Source: Harriotta raleighana
Taxonomy: Eukaryota
NCBI GenBank assembly: GCA_050575255.1
Contig: JBNZDD010013708.1
Span: 7,566,592-7,630,591 of the forward strand
Length of the DNA: 64,000 nt
Direction of reading: 5' to 3'
Positions 48,393 to 60,828 of the stretch are shown piece by piece. The notes below the pieces were generated by a model. It did no database searches and had not been told where the DNA came from. It worked only from the letters and a program-made list of their open reading frames with translations. Position 1 is the first letter of the stretch. Every line of letters begins with the position of its first letter. The position numbers were made by a program, and so were the translations under genes.

Positions 48393-50259
48393 TGAATGGT
48401 CAAAACTCTGTGTATGTAAAGGGATAAGTTTCAATTGAAACTACTTCTACATATCACGCCCCAACTCCCCACCCCCAACACCTGAAAAAAGGACAGCGCC
48501 TTTTATTGAAACCTATCAAACCAGTATTCATTCACAGATTCAATCAAAATTCACATTCTAAAGCAGCAGTAGGTAATTTTGAATCTCAGTATATCATTTT
48601 TACCTACTGTATATAGTTGCAGAATAAATATTTTAATATTCTCCTAATTTAAGCAGCAATGCAATTTTATTTTCTTGGTGTGAAATTGTTTAGTACCTAA
48701 CTCGCTTGTCTTCTTATAGATTACTATATTATTGTTATTATTAGATAAATATCACTCAGCCGTGTTTTGTGTTAAGTAGCAAAAGTTACTGTTCTCCAGC
48801 ATACAACAAAAAACAAAACAAAATTACATTTATAGAGCGCCTTTCACCGTTGGGAGGATGTCCCAAGGCACTGAGGAACAAGAAGCAAGAGGAGAAATGG
48901 GGCTTTACAACAACTTAAATGTTTTTAACGTAGAAAGTCTGCAAATAATTCTCGAGGAGCTTGTGATAACAGGATTTAACAACTAAATGTTGTCAACCTC
49001 ATCGGACTATAACAGAAACACTCTATATTTATATATTTATGAATAATATGAATATGTATTTACTCTCGGACATTTATCATTGGAATAGATCATAGATAAT
49101 AATGGATTGCCTGAAGTAAATCCATAGAGAAATAAAAGGATGTATCTAATGAGGAGTAATTACAGTATAGTAAAATAATGATAATACCTGTTGCATTTGA
49201 TTTTGCGCCTTATCACAACATGAGCATTTCTCAAGGTGCATTACAGAATATACTGGAAAGTCAATTTACTTTATTTTATGGGCGAAGCCAATTGCGCACA
49301 TCAGCGGCCCACACACAGTTGTGGATGGAATGGATCAAATTATGATTCTGTTTTAAAATTTTAATAAACCTCAATTCAGCATGGAGATGGGTTTCCGCTG
49401 GTGTCAAGCATTTGGGGGAGAAAAGGAAAAGCTCCAGTGGGGCAGCAAGCAACCAGCACAGTGGTGTTGATGGCCTGCTTTTGTCGTGCAAACATTCTAC
49501 AGTACCTTTCTATTCATTTTTATCTATCACCAATATGCTGAAGTAATGCCGTGTTGATTTTGAATTATTATCTTGCGACAAGACAAACAAGGCAAAAGAA
49601 TAACAGTTCAAAGTTATTTTTGAACACAATTAAGCTATCAAACACTCTGTGATTACTGCTGCATAGAAGAATGCTTTGACTTTTTTTGAAAAAAAATGTT
49701 TATATAATGCAAATCAGAGTCTTTTATGGATAATGGAATGATTGAGGTTCCTCAATTAAAATATTTGCAGCACATCAACCACACTTATTTTTGAGGAACA
49801 ATTAGTTTTGCCCCACAAGTCCACAGTCATTGAACAGCGCCAGCAACAGACAGACCAACAATTTTTTGAACAATCTAATTCAACATGCCAGACTTTTTCT
49901 TAGGGTTAAACATCCCTGCTCATGTTAACATGTAATCAAACTGGGGAAGGGAGAAGGGGAAGCTTTGCTACTAATTCCTCTAAGTGGATGAAAGTCTGAG
50001 TCAGTGAGAGTCTTGTTACGAAAGGCAACTGCGTCCATAAAATACACAGTCACTACGCTTTACAGCATATTCTTTGAAACGCTTTGAGATGTCTCGAAGA
50101 CATGATAACCCGCCAAACGAATGCAAAGATTATTATTAAGCTATAATTGGAGGTATTTGGAGTCCAGTCATATAGTATTGTAAACATTAACTTATAGTGA
50201 GCACTTTGATTCCTCCTCTTGTTCTTGGGCCAACCTGACAAAATGTTTTCAATTGTTAG

Positions 50260-50330
50260 GTTGGAGGCTGTTCACTGTGGATGCTACCCGTTGTGCCCTA
50301 AAGCCTTGGTGTATCCAGAGATCTTTCCAG
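50260..50330 (+). CDS. GTDC1: GTDC1 coding exon (71 nt): (M)[23 protein letters not shown]
   Basis: gttag| acceptor and |gtaagt donor; AT+G completes Met, giving [11 protein letters not shown] (E-x7-E of retaining GT-B glycosyltransferases). Confidence 0.96.
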
Positions 50331-51942
50331 GTAAGTTATTACAATTTAGGTTCAAATTAATGGTTCCGTGTTGCCAATAGTTTTGCATTTTATAAATGGT
50401 AAAGGATTATTATCGCTGTGTGAGCTGTGTGTTATTCAAGGATGTTTTTGCTTATTCGAAATCTGCTCTGCTGTTTCTCATTTTCTACGAGGATCTATTG
50501 CTCTTTAAAAAGCAGAATTAACAAAAAACGACTATGGAGTTTATAATGCGCCATGTCTAAACTATGTGTAAATAGAGCCCGTATTGTTGCCTGTGTGTAA
50601 ATGCGTACGCACAAAGGGAATTACAAGCTGCCCTTGATAATGCCATTGCCACCAGTGAATAAATAATTGATTTAACTATTAGAAATAATGACAATCCTTT
50701 TTTCAGATTTTTTTTCAGAAGGTGGTTTACACATGTTATACACGTGGCAGTTAATAGACACCCTTATTGTAATTTGGTGAGGTTTTACAGGCACCCCGCA
50801 CCTAGTTTATGTTGGCAGGTTTATGTTGGTTTTAATCCAATATACACTGAGCTCCAATATGAGCTTGGCAGTAATGAACTCTGCCAAACTGTGCATTCCA
50901 GTTTCCACCATGAAAAGATCTTCCCTTTAAGGACCTGGGTTCAGGCCAGTATGAAATCAGAGGCACAGCAGTAAACTATGGCTGAATACCCACGCCAAGA
51001 TAATTTATCCCGGCATCCCTCATTTCTCTTTGGTGTCTCGAGGCACCAACAGCAAGTTGATGTCTGTTTTAAGATGCAACCCTGGTGGATGATTGCCAGA
51101 CAGGATGCTGTACAGACTTTGAAAGCAGATCTGTTGCTTATTGGAGGCATGGATTTGGTTATGGCATAGCCTCGACTTGGTGAGGATAGGGACACAAATG
51201 AAAAATACAACAACAACATGCATTTATATCGACCTCTTCACATAGGATAATGACTTGCAGCCCTTTAAAGTGACCGGGTCAGACACCAACTAGGGGAAGT
51301 GGGAACATTGAAGAAGTAGCTTGTAAGGGGGAATTTTTTTTTAGGTCAGTTGGGTGTCTAACATGTGGAAACCCTTAAGAGGTTCCAAACCAAGCTGCGA
51401 TTTATATGCATCCCACCTACACATGGAAATCCCAGAGATAGAGTATTGGAATGGAATCTCTCTTCCTCCCTGGAGGGACGCATCCTGCTTACCTCATTCT
51501 GGAAAGTATTAGGTGCAGGTTGGCTTGTGGGACCCCAGAGTGTTCGTTGGGGTAACTGCCAGAGTCTAACCAACTACATAACTTGCCAGGGTTGAACTTG
51601 ACAGAATTCACTTCAGTTTGAGATCTTGGTTGGATCTGTGTTATTACTTTAACGGATCTCAATTTCCCAAACCAGCATAAATTCATCCCAAAGGCGTCAG
51701 TGCTGAGAACTGACGTACGTTGCTTCCATGCACCCCTTTTTGCCACTTCTGCCATCGATTGGCTCATTCAGTTTAAGCAGGCAAGGTTACTGTACTCGGA
51801 GCAAACCCTGCAAAATCATGCTTAAATAATGTAAAACATGAGAGGCGCAGAACAATATGTGATGTTAATCAGTAAAGGGACTAATGCTTAAGTGGCTGCT
51901 TTGAGGTTACTTTCATTAAAAATGCATCTGATTCCTTTGCAG

Positions 51943-52034
51943 CTGAATATCTCTACTCCACACCTGAACAGCTTTTTAAAAAGCTTCAGAATTTCTGCAA
52001 GCGACCAGATCTTGTAAGGAAGAAGGTTATCAAG
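51943..52034 (+). CDS. GTDC1: GTDC1 coding exon (92 nt): (A)[30 protein letters not shown]
   Basis: tttgcag| acceptor and |gtagtt donor; G+CT completes Ala; ends in phase 0. Confidence 0.96.
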
Positions 52035-52621
52035 GTAGTTTATTTAATTAACAGAGAAAGCCCAGACAGCCATTTGTTTTTTCAAAGGTTACTTTTACAA
52101 GCTTTGAATTACTGGTGCAATGAACATCTCAGCCACTGCCTTGGTTTCCCTTTTTTGTTGTTTTTGTAAAAGCATAAAAATTAAGAGCACCCCGACCAAA
52201 CATCTATGATGCCCTAATCACAAACGGTTCACTTTACCCAGAAGCTTTCGTGTTTAGTTTTGTTTCATGTAAAAAAAATTAAACAGACCCAAAGAATCTT
52301 TAAAGCGTTAAACAATTTTATGGCCCGTTTATTTAGATGAGGCTGAGAATTGTGTGAACAGGAAAAGCCACACTTTTTTTAGTGCTGTACAGCTAGGGTA
52401 AATGAGATATGGGCTACCTCTTGATTTCATTGATGTGCTTTTACTGTTAGCAAATGGCTTCAGTTCAGACAGTTTACATTTTTAAGGTGTGTGAAAGAAA
52501 TCCACTTTGCTTTTACTATCACTCGTTAAACTTGCTCGGGAAACTCCAGGTTTATTCAAAAGTAACTCATGCGACTGTTCACCTTTGCTTTTCTAACCCG
52601 AAGCACTCTAAGATCATTGGT

Positions 52622-52935
52622 AAATAATAACAATAATAATAATCCTTGCATTATATATATCGCCTTATCCTGTCAACGAAACAACTCGAAGGGCTTCACA
52701 GAATGTACTGTAAAATGAATTCAGTATATATTTTTGTGGGTAAAACACAGCAGACAATTCCACACAGTAGTGTCGTACAAACAGTGGTGGATTGAGTGAC
52801 CAAATCACAATTTTTTAAAGATTATCCCAGAAAAGTAATTCATCAATCGACTGACAACTGGGTTCCTACTTTCAGCTAGGTAAACTACTAGAGGCGTGTG
52901 GAAAAAAATTTGACTAAGGTTTCTCCCCCCTCCTG
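52622..52935 (-). mobile_element. tRNA-Deu-L2 SINE, long subtype, 5' end truncated
   Basis: Tail and Deu core, then caatcgactgacaactgggttcctact..gctaggtaaac...gaggcgtgtgg. Confidence 0.85.
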
Positions 52936-53308
52936 GCATTGCATAACACTTGCTTTGGCAGCTAAATGGGAAAGGCAGTGGGTGCATTTTCGTGTCGGGA
53001 CCAATGACCTCCATTACTTCCAATAAAATAAGTTACGCCAGCACCTGAAAAAGGCAAAATGTCTGGAAATTCAACATGGTACTTTGTTACCAGCATGCTT
53101 TTTCAGAGTAAAGCCAGGAGCAAGAAGGTGGATGGAATGGGTTTGGGCAAGGAATTGAAGGGTAAAATCCTATCTCTTACTCTGTAAGACTTGCAATTGG
53201 AGAGGGGATTGGAGAATGTAGTCACATAACTAGTAAGAAACTATAGTTGGGAGAGAGGATGGGAGGCAAATGGTTTGTAAACTAAGCATTTTGTCTCTTC
53301 CCGATCAT

Positions 53309-53665
53309 GACTGATAATAAACGTTCTACTGCATTTTATAGTAAGCAATAGCTTCCCTAATTGCAAGTTGAAATTCAACAAGCACATGTTCCTGTTAGCA
53401 GCATGTGCTCTAAGACTAAAGTCAAATGTACCCCCAAAAGGTCTGGGGAAACAGGAACAAAACCTGAGTACACTGTGTCTCTTTTCTGATTANGACTGAT
53501 AATAAACGTTCTACTGCATTTTATAGTAAGCAATAGCAAGTTGAAATTCGACAAGCACATGTTCCTGTTAGCAGCATGTGCTCTAAGACTAAAGTCAAAT
53601 GTACCCCCAAAAGGTCTGGGGAAACAGGAACAAAACCTGAGTACACTGTGTCTCTTTTCTGATTA
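53309..53665. repeat. Near-identical tandem duplication (53309-53492 / 53494-53665) across a single N
   Basis: Copies differ by a 12-bp indel (ttccctaattgc) and one A/G substitution; N at 53493. Confidence 0.93.
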
Positions 53666-55409
53666 TCTTTGGGTGTTTTATTAACTACAATAACTGCAGC
53701 AATAATTAATGGATTTTTTTTTTTACTAGGCTTGTATACCATCACTCTAATTTCAGTGGCTACTTAAATGAAACTTTAGCGTAAAAAGAATCCCATTAGA
53801 TTTAACTCTGTAAAATGGTAAACCCCTGTCATTTAGGTCAAAAATGTGCGAAACAAAAACTCAATTTAACACACAATTTCAAACTCATTATCTTTCAATG
53901 TCTATTAACTTGGCAATGGTTCAGATGCCAGCTCATAATACTTCAAAATGCTGAGCGGACAATTCTTCTGTCGCTCATCATTCCTGTGCACAGCATTCTG
54001 CACATTCTTTTGGTCGGGTCTAAGCTTTAAAGGGGAAGTGTTGCCAATTCTGCAGCTGTATCCTTTATTTAAACCTGTGCACATTAATTATCCAGTGATC
54101 TACCACTTTCACAGTTCAAACAGCTTGGCTGAACGACTGATAAGGCAACATTTTTTTTCCAGAAGACTGGGGTGAAAGTTGTGATGTTTCATCATTATCA
54201 CGTGAGACGCAAATATCAGCCCAGTTGTTTTTCAGGACAGATCTTCCGATTCCCATTTAACCCCTATATTTACAATGACATTTGTTCAGCGTCTTTCATG
54301 TTGGGAGGATGTCCCAGGTCAATGAAAATACCCCTCGGTATATATGTTTCAGCAGGAAGATTAATCACCACTGGCTTTCTCTGCCTATGTGTGACTTTGT
54401 ACAACATTTACCCTAAATCTGTGACTTTTACTAAATTGACATAAGTTTTGATTATTGGTGTGTCAGCCTGACTTGGTGAGTTCCCTGGCTAAAACCCTGT
54501 TACATGAGGAAATAAGAAATGCTGGACGAAAAAAGGTCCACCTAGCTTGCCTTCCACCTTCCTAGGGATTGCATGCGCATATATCCCTAACTACCTAAGT
54601 ACTCTTATCACATAATGTTACTTCTTAAAAGAAGAATAAGAACATAATTTAAAGCAATAATTGCTTTTGATGGCTGGAATCTTAACTGCAGAATTAAAGA
54701 AATGACCAAAGGTGCATTAAAAGCACCAGGAACCTAAGCATGTCAACTGAGGGTTAGAATTCTGCTACTTTGTAGAAGGCAAATTTCTGCCTGCACAGTT
54801 ACTTGTTTGGTTGCATCTCACAGAACAGTACTTCCAGCATATTGAGCTGCTCGGCAAATGTTTCAGCAGATTATAATTAAAAGAGCAAATGGTGACCCCA
54901 TTGGGACATGGCTCTGAGGGCAATAGGATTATGTTTCATCAGATTCTGAAAGACCTTACCAGTGAATCAGTAAGCAGCAGTGAAAGCTACTGTCCAGATC
55001 TCCACGTGGTTTACTGAGACGAGTTACTTAGGAGTCACAGGCATTTGCTTCAGGAACGGGAAGGTAGAAAATTGAAACAGAATTGTTTCAGCCTGAATCA
55101 TCTTCTAAACTCTGCTGAAGCAGACTCCATAAATAATTTTAAGTGTGAAGTGGATATAAGGTGTTTTTAAAAGAATACTAGAGAGAAGCAAGTGGGAGAG
55201 AGAAGTTAGACTAGGTAGCTCATGTTACATGGAGGAAAATACCAATGTAAATACGATAGGCTGAATACACTTTTTGGTTCTAATTCTTGTATTTTGGCGT
55301 TAGGATTCTTCATCAATGAGATAAAGCTAAGACCATCAACGCTCCGCTTTGATTCTTAGCATGTGGAAATTCATTCTCCCAGGACTTCTGGGTTGAGGCT
55401 CGAGACTAC

Positions 55410-55870
55410 AGAATTAATGTAGGAAGACAGGCAGGGGCCATTCAGCCAATCAAGCCTGTTCCAATGGTTTATTAGATCTTAGCAGATCTTTTGTTCCCAA
55501 TCACCATACCAGTATTTCTTAATACTATCCAAGGATCAATCCATCTCTATTTCAAATAACCCTATTGATTCCAATTCTACACCTTTCTGGGGCAGAGATC
55601 TTCTACATCCTCACTAGCCTCCATGTTGATAAACAATATATTCATGTCATTTCTGAACCCTGTCATAACAATCTTAGTTCTGATTTTAAGGCTACGCTCC
55701 TTGCAATGGATCCCTGTCTAGGAATGAAGAGCAGTTCAATATCTAACCTATTAATTCCTTTATTATAAAAACCTCATTGAAATTACTACCCCTTAACCAG
55801 TTCTTTCACTAAGGATTATTGCCATAAACGTAGTTAGGGTTACTCTCTCGTAGGTAAATCCCTTCAGCCC
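55410..55870 (-). mobile_element. Decayed CR1 LINE 3' region
   Basis: ggccattcagccaatcaagcctgttcc (reverse complement of a CR1 terminal hairpin), then ttctacatcctcactagcct (RLVRM/WN-like motif on minus). Confidence 0.62.
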
Positions 55871-57467
55871 ATGTATTCATCTAATCTTAACAAATAATTC
55901 CATTGGAATTCAGGTTGGGGCTTCAAAGGACTATTTCAATTCTAGAATGAAACTCTTTGGGCATTATCCTAGGGACAATATCCTTGAATATCTGATGTCT
56001 AAATGTATTTCCCTCTAAACATGAACAATTAAAAGACTATGTTGTAACATGTTAGATATTTCTAAGGGATGAGTTTGGGTATTTAGGATAATAATAATCC
56101 TTACACTTGGTATAGCTCCTTTCACATTAGGAAGATGTCTCAAAACACTTTGCGGGATGCAATATTATAAAGTGTATAGATTGTGGATTTTGCAGGCAAA
56201 TGTATGTACTATGTACTCTTAAGTGAAAGAATACCTAGCATAGAAACTAGCTTCAATCATTCTGCTTCATGTATTCAGAAACGTGTTTGGGATGTACCAG
56301 AAAAGTCAATAGCAGATGACTGAGAGTTAGTTACATGGCTGTACAAAACCCAAGAGATTTTGAAGGTATCTTATCATGTGAATATATTGTTTATGAACTT
56401 CTGAGAGCACACGGCACACTTGAACACACTGCTATCCGTATCCTATTCCTTATATTCATTCCAGTCTTCAGTTGATTTTCTGTTTTTGAGTCTTCCTTTG
56501 GCGTTCATATCTTCCATCGCCACAGGCTGCTTTTTTTTTAATGATTATTGGTACAGTGACTTTACATCATGTGACAGGAAGAGGGGCGTTTTGCAAGATT
56601 AGAACACGACGGGGAAGGGGGAAGAATTCTACTAGGAAATAATGCATACAGTCTGCTCTGAAGACAGGGAGAATGTCTGTATGAAAAATAACAGCTTTAT
56701 TTCACTGAGTTATGACTTTTCTTCATATGTAACATATTGGATAATAGATGGCTGCCAATGCGTTACAAGCAGCAATTCGATCATGTGGATCTGAGGACAT
56801 CGTAGGCCAGGGCGCTGAACTACTGGGTGTAACTCACTGCTGCTTTGTGCTTGCACACAAATAATAAGAGTGAGATACATGAGTGAGGGTAATAAAACTA
56901 ATAGTGGCGCAGGAACTGAAGAGACCTGATCATTTATTATAAAAATAATAAACAATACATTTGATGTTGCATCTTTCATGCTGGGAGTACATCTTATGGT
57001 GCTTCATCGGATTTCTGGTGCAGTGACTGTATATTTTTTAGGTTGAACAAGGCAACCAGTTTTACACAAAGCAATGTCCCAAGAGAAATATTCTTTAAAT
57101 AAAATTATGGGGGAGTGAGGGTTTTTGGAAAGCAAAGTTTAAGCTATAGTTGTACTGCAGTAAAATGCTAAACAAGCTTACAACACGTCCAATTTGTTGA
57201 TTCTAAAATGTATGTTTATGATGTGAATTTATTCCTTGGCCCCAGTAAACATACCATAATAAAGCAGAAATTCTAGCTATCAGGTGGAAGAATTAAGGGG
57301 TCTTCCTGACATTCCCCCCCAAATCAGATAGTTCCCTTTAATACATGAACTAAGAGCAAACAGTTTTCTTCTCTTGTTAGTTTCTCTTTAGTCATGAAGT
57401 TGTCATTGGTGTTACCAATTTAATTTTTGTATGTTTTGACTTCTGTTTGCCCTCAGTTCAATGGACT

Positions 57468-57730
57468 ATAATTATGACCTTGCATTTAATGTTACACCTT
57501 ATCGCACCAGAGGAAGTCCCCAAACCAGTTCAGTAAGTGTTACTGTAAAGTGTAATGATTGTGAATTCGTAGGCAAACGGAGCAGCCAATTTGTGCACAG
57601 CAATTTCTCAAACAGCCATGAAGTGAATGCCCAATTTTATCTGAAGGATGGAAGTACACCGGGAGAAACCCCCTTTCTCTTTTTTGAATACTTAACTTAT
57701 ACCTGAACAGTTTACCTTAGTTTAGCATCT
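57468..57730 (-). mobile_element. Degenerate SacSINE1-like Deu SINE
   Basis: ccttgcatttaat...gcagccaatttgtgcacagcaa..ctcaaacagc...acaccgggagaaacccc. Confidence 0.7.
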
Positions 57731-58073
57731 CGTGTCACCCCAAGTACAGGTGATATTGATTTTCTTCGGGCCTATAATTTTTGCCTACATCTCTGACCAC
57801 TCCGTACGTATCAGTCTGAAATGATTCACTTCTCTCAACTGAAATGTCTCTCTCTGAATAAGATTGCCAATTTAGTCCCAAACTACTGCCAAATTTGGGG
57901 GCATGCTGTTGCCCCCAATGGAAATTTGGACCTTGACCGTCCTAAATCATTTCACATATGAGCTGTACATAGGCAAAGGGGAGACGATAATCCTATCAAT
58001 TTGACCTGCTCTCAGAGGTGAAACAACAACAAAATTACACTTGTATAGCGTCTTTCACGTCAGGAGGACGTCA

Positions 58074-60488
58074 CAGGCCGGTGGAAAGGGCAGTTTACTG
58101 AACCACTGTGCTTCACTGTTGCACAAATATACTCCAATTTGCGTTCCAAGAATAGCATACAACAATCCCCCAAGAATATATTGTGAAGGATATTTATCTC
58201 ATCGGTTCCAACATCTGAGTTGTTAGTTTAAGGCAGATTTTACTGGTCAGCTTTTACACTGGATAACAACGGGAGGAACATAACAGAAAGTTCAGGATAA
58301 AATAAAGAGTTCTGCACTACTACAACAACAAAATTATATTTTTAGAGCGCCTTTCACGTCGGGAGAACGTTCCAAGCCACTAGTTATCAGTTTGACAATC
58401 AATTCCATCTGCCATGCTTGGCAATTGTTTTGAATGCAGTGATAGTAAATTTATAATACTTTCATTTGATCTAGCACCTTTAAAGTCATAGTGCTTCACG
58501 TGATTTCCTGTAACGTGCACTAGCTGTGTATTTTGTATCATGCAATGTGGCAGCCAGGTTGCGCCCAGCAATAATAATAATAATCCTTGCATTTGATATA
58601 GCGGTTTAACTTGTCTAGGATGTCTTAAAGTGCTTCACAGAAAATACTGTAAAGTGAATTGACTGTACATTTTGTGTTGTTGTTTCACATTGTTTCATTT
58701 GATATCTACTTTTTGATACTCCGCTGTCCTCCTATGGTCAAGGGGAGAGTGAGGGTTGTGTACATAGACTTGCGAAGCGGCTGCCAATACTGGTTTGTCT
58801 CAGCTGACGAGGGGGGGGGCGATACATTCCACAATGTAGAATAACTCCCTGAGGTGGTGGACTGTATTACCACAAAGCTATCCTATCTTGCAGCCCAAGT
58901 ATAAGCAGCCAAACCACGAGGGCTTTGTTTGAATCCTGGGACTCAGGGTGGAAGTATCATCACTTTGCTGTTAGAGCTCTCAAGATACATCGGTTTAATT
59001 AACACAGAACGACGATACATTTACATTTAAGGCAACCGGCTCAGAAGGCAGCACTCTCATCTCGGACTCAAACAGTTGTGGGTTCAAGCCCCTCCCCTGG
59101 ACTTTGAACTCGCATAATCTAGGCCGACTTTCCGATGAAGTGCTGGGGAAGCACTGCATTGTCAGAGGTGTTGTGATTCAGACGAGAAGTTCAACCAAGG
59201 TTCTGTCTGTGCTTATTCAGGTAGATGTTAAAGATCCCGTGGCATTATTTGAAATCTCCTGACATTCATTGGTACAATGCNCAGGCCGGTGGAAAGGGCA
59301 GTTTACTGAACCACTGTGCTTCACTGTTGCACAAATATACTCCAATTTGCGTTCCAAGAATAGCATACAACAATCCCCCAAGAATATATTGTGAAGGATA
59401 TTTATCTCATCGGTTCCAACATCTGAGTTGTTAGTTTAAGGCAGATTTTACTGGTCAGCTTTTACACTGGATAACAACGGGAGGAACATAACAAAAAGTT
59501 CAGGATAAAATAAAGAGTTCTGCACTACTACAACAACAAAATTATATTTTTAGAGCGCCTTTCACGTCGGGAGAACGTTCCAAGCCACTAGTTATCAGTT
59601 TGACAATCAATTCCATCTGCCATGCTTGGCAATTGTTTTGAATGCAGTGATAGTAAATTTATAATACTTTCATTTGATCTAGCACCTTTAAAGTCATAGT
59701 GCTTCACGTGATTTCCTGTAACGTGCACTAGCTGTGTATTTTGTAGCATGCAATGTGGCAGCCAGGTTGCGCCCAGCAATAATAATAATAATCCTTGCAT
59801 TTGATATAGCGGTTTAACTTGTCTAGGATGTCTTAAAGTGCTTCACAGAAAATACTGTAAAGTGAATTGACTGTACATTTTGTGTTGTTGTTTCACATTG
59901 TTTCATTTGATATCTACTTTTTGATACTCCGCTGTCCTCCTATGGTCAAGGGGAGAGTGAGGGTTGTGTACATAGACTTGCGAAGCGGCTGCCAATACTG
60001 GTTTGTCTCAGCTGACGAGGGGGGGGGCGATACATTCCACAATGTAGAATAACTCCCTGAGGTGGTGGACTGTATTACCACAAAGCTATCCTATCTTGCA
60101 GCCCAAGTATAAGCAGCCAAACCACGAGGGCTTTGTTTGAATCCTGGGACTCAGGGTGGAAGTATCATCACTTTGCTGTTAGAGCTCTCAAGATACATCG
60201 GTTTAATTAACACAGAACGACGATACATTTACATTTAAGGCAACCGGCTCAGAAGGCAGCACTCTCATCTCGGACTCAAACAGTTGTGGGTTCAAGCCCC
60301 TCCCCTGGACTTTGAACTCGCATAATCTAGGCCGACTTTCCGATGAAGTGCTGGGGAAGCACTGCATTGTCAGAGGTGTTGTGATTCAGACGAGAAGTTC
60401 AACCAAGGTTCTGTCTGTGCTTATTCAGGTAGATGTTAAAGATCCCGTGGCATTATTTGAAATCTCCTGACATTCATTGGTACAATGC
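58074..60488. repeat. 1207-bp near-perfect tandem duplication (58074-59280 / 59282-60488) across a single N
   Basis: Constant offset of 1208; differences seen are G58286/A59494 and T58538/G59746; N at 59281. Confidence 0.95.
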
Positions 60489-60625
60489 TGTGTGCAAATT
60501 GGCTGCGGTGTCTGGCTACAGAATACACAGTTCATTTCACTTTGCAGTGCATCCCATGAAGCGCTTGGAGACGTCTTCCTGAGGTGAAAGGCGGTATATC
60601 AAATTAAGGATTATTATATTTTATT
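60240..60625 (+). mobile_element. Near full-length SacSINE1-like tRNA-Deu SINE (5' part also present in the duplicated copy 59032-59280)
   Basis: ggctcagaaggcagcactctc...gtgggttcaagccc (A/B boxes), aatctaggccgac..., gtagatgttaaagatcccgtggcattatttgaa, gctgtgtgcaaattggctgc, tail gaaaggcggtatatcaaa. Confidence 0.82.
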
Positions 60626-60828
60626 ATCACTAAGTGACAGACAATTTGCATTGTCATTAAACAATGGCTATTTAAAAGGCCGACATGGATGAAAAAGTAC
60701 TGTAATAATGCAGCTAAAATATGGATTTTTTTTCACACGCACTTTCCCTTTCTTTCGCACTTCAAAGATGCAGACATATAAAAGGAAATGTCTTTGTTCT
60801 CAAAAGTTTCCTCTTTTCTTTTGTCTAG

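Noticed and set aside
57768-57935. Possible Harbinger-like MITE ends (also ~6520-6590, ~16330-16400, ~47100-47155)
   Set aside because: Inverted-repeat matches are too short and degenerate to call, and no TSD is visible.
42-60625. Dispersed recurring repeats as a CRISPR-like or regularly spaced array
   Set aside because: Irregular spacing, both orientations, variable 5' truncation and a eukaryotic intron context indicate retroposon copies.
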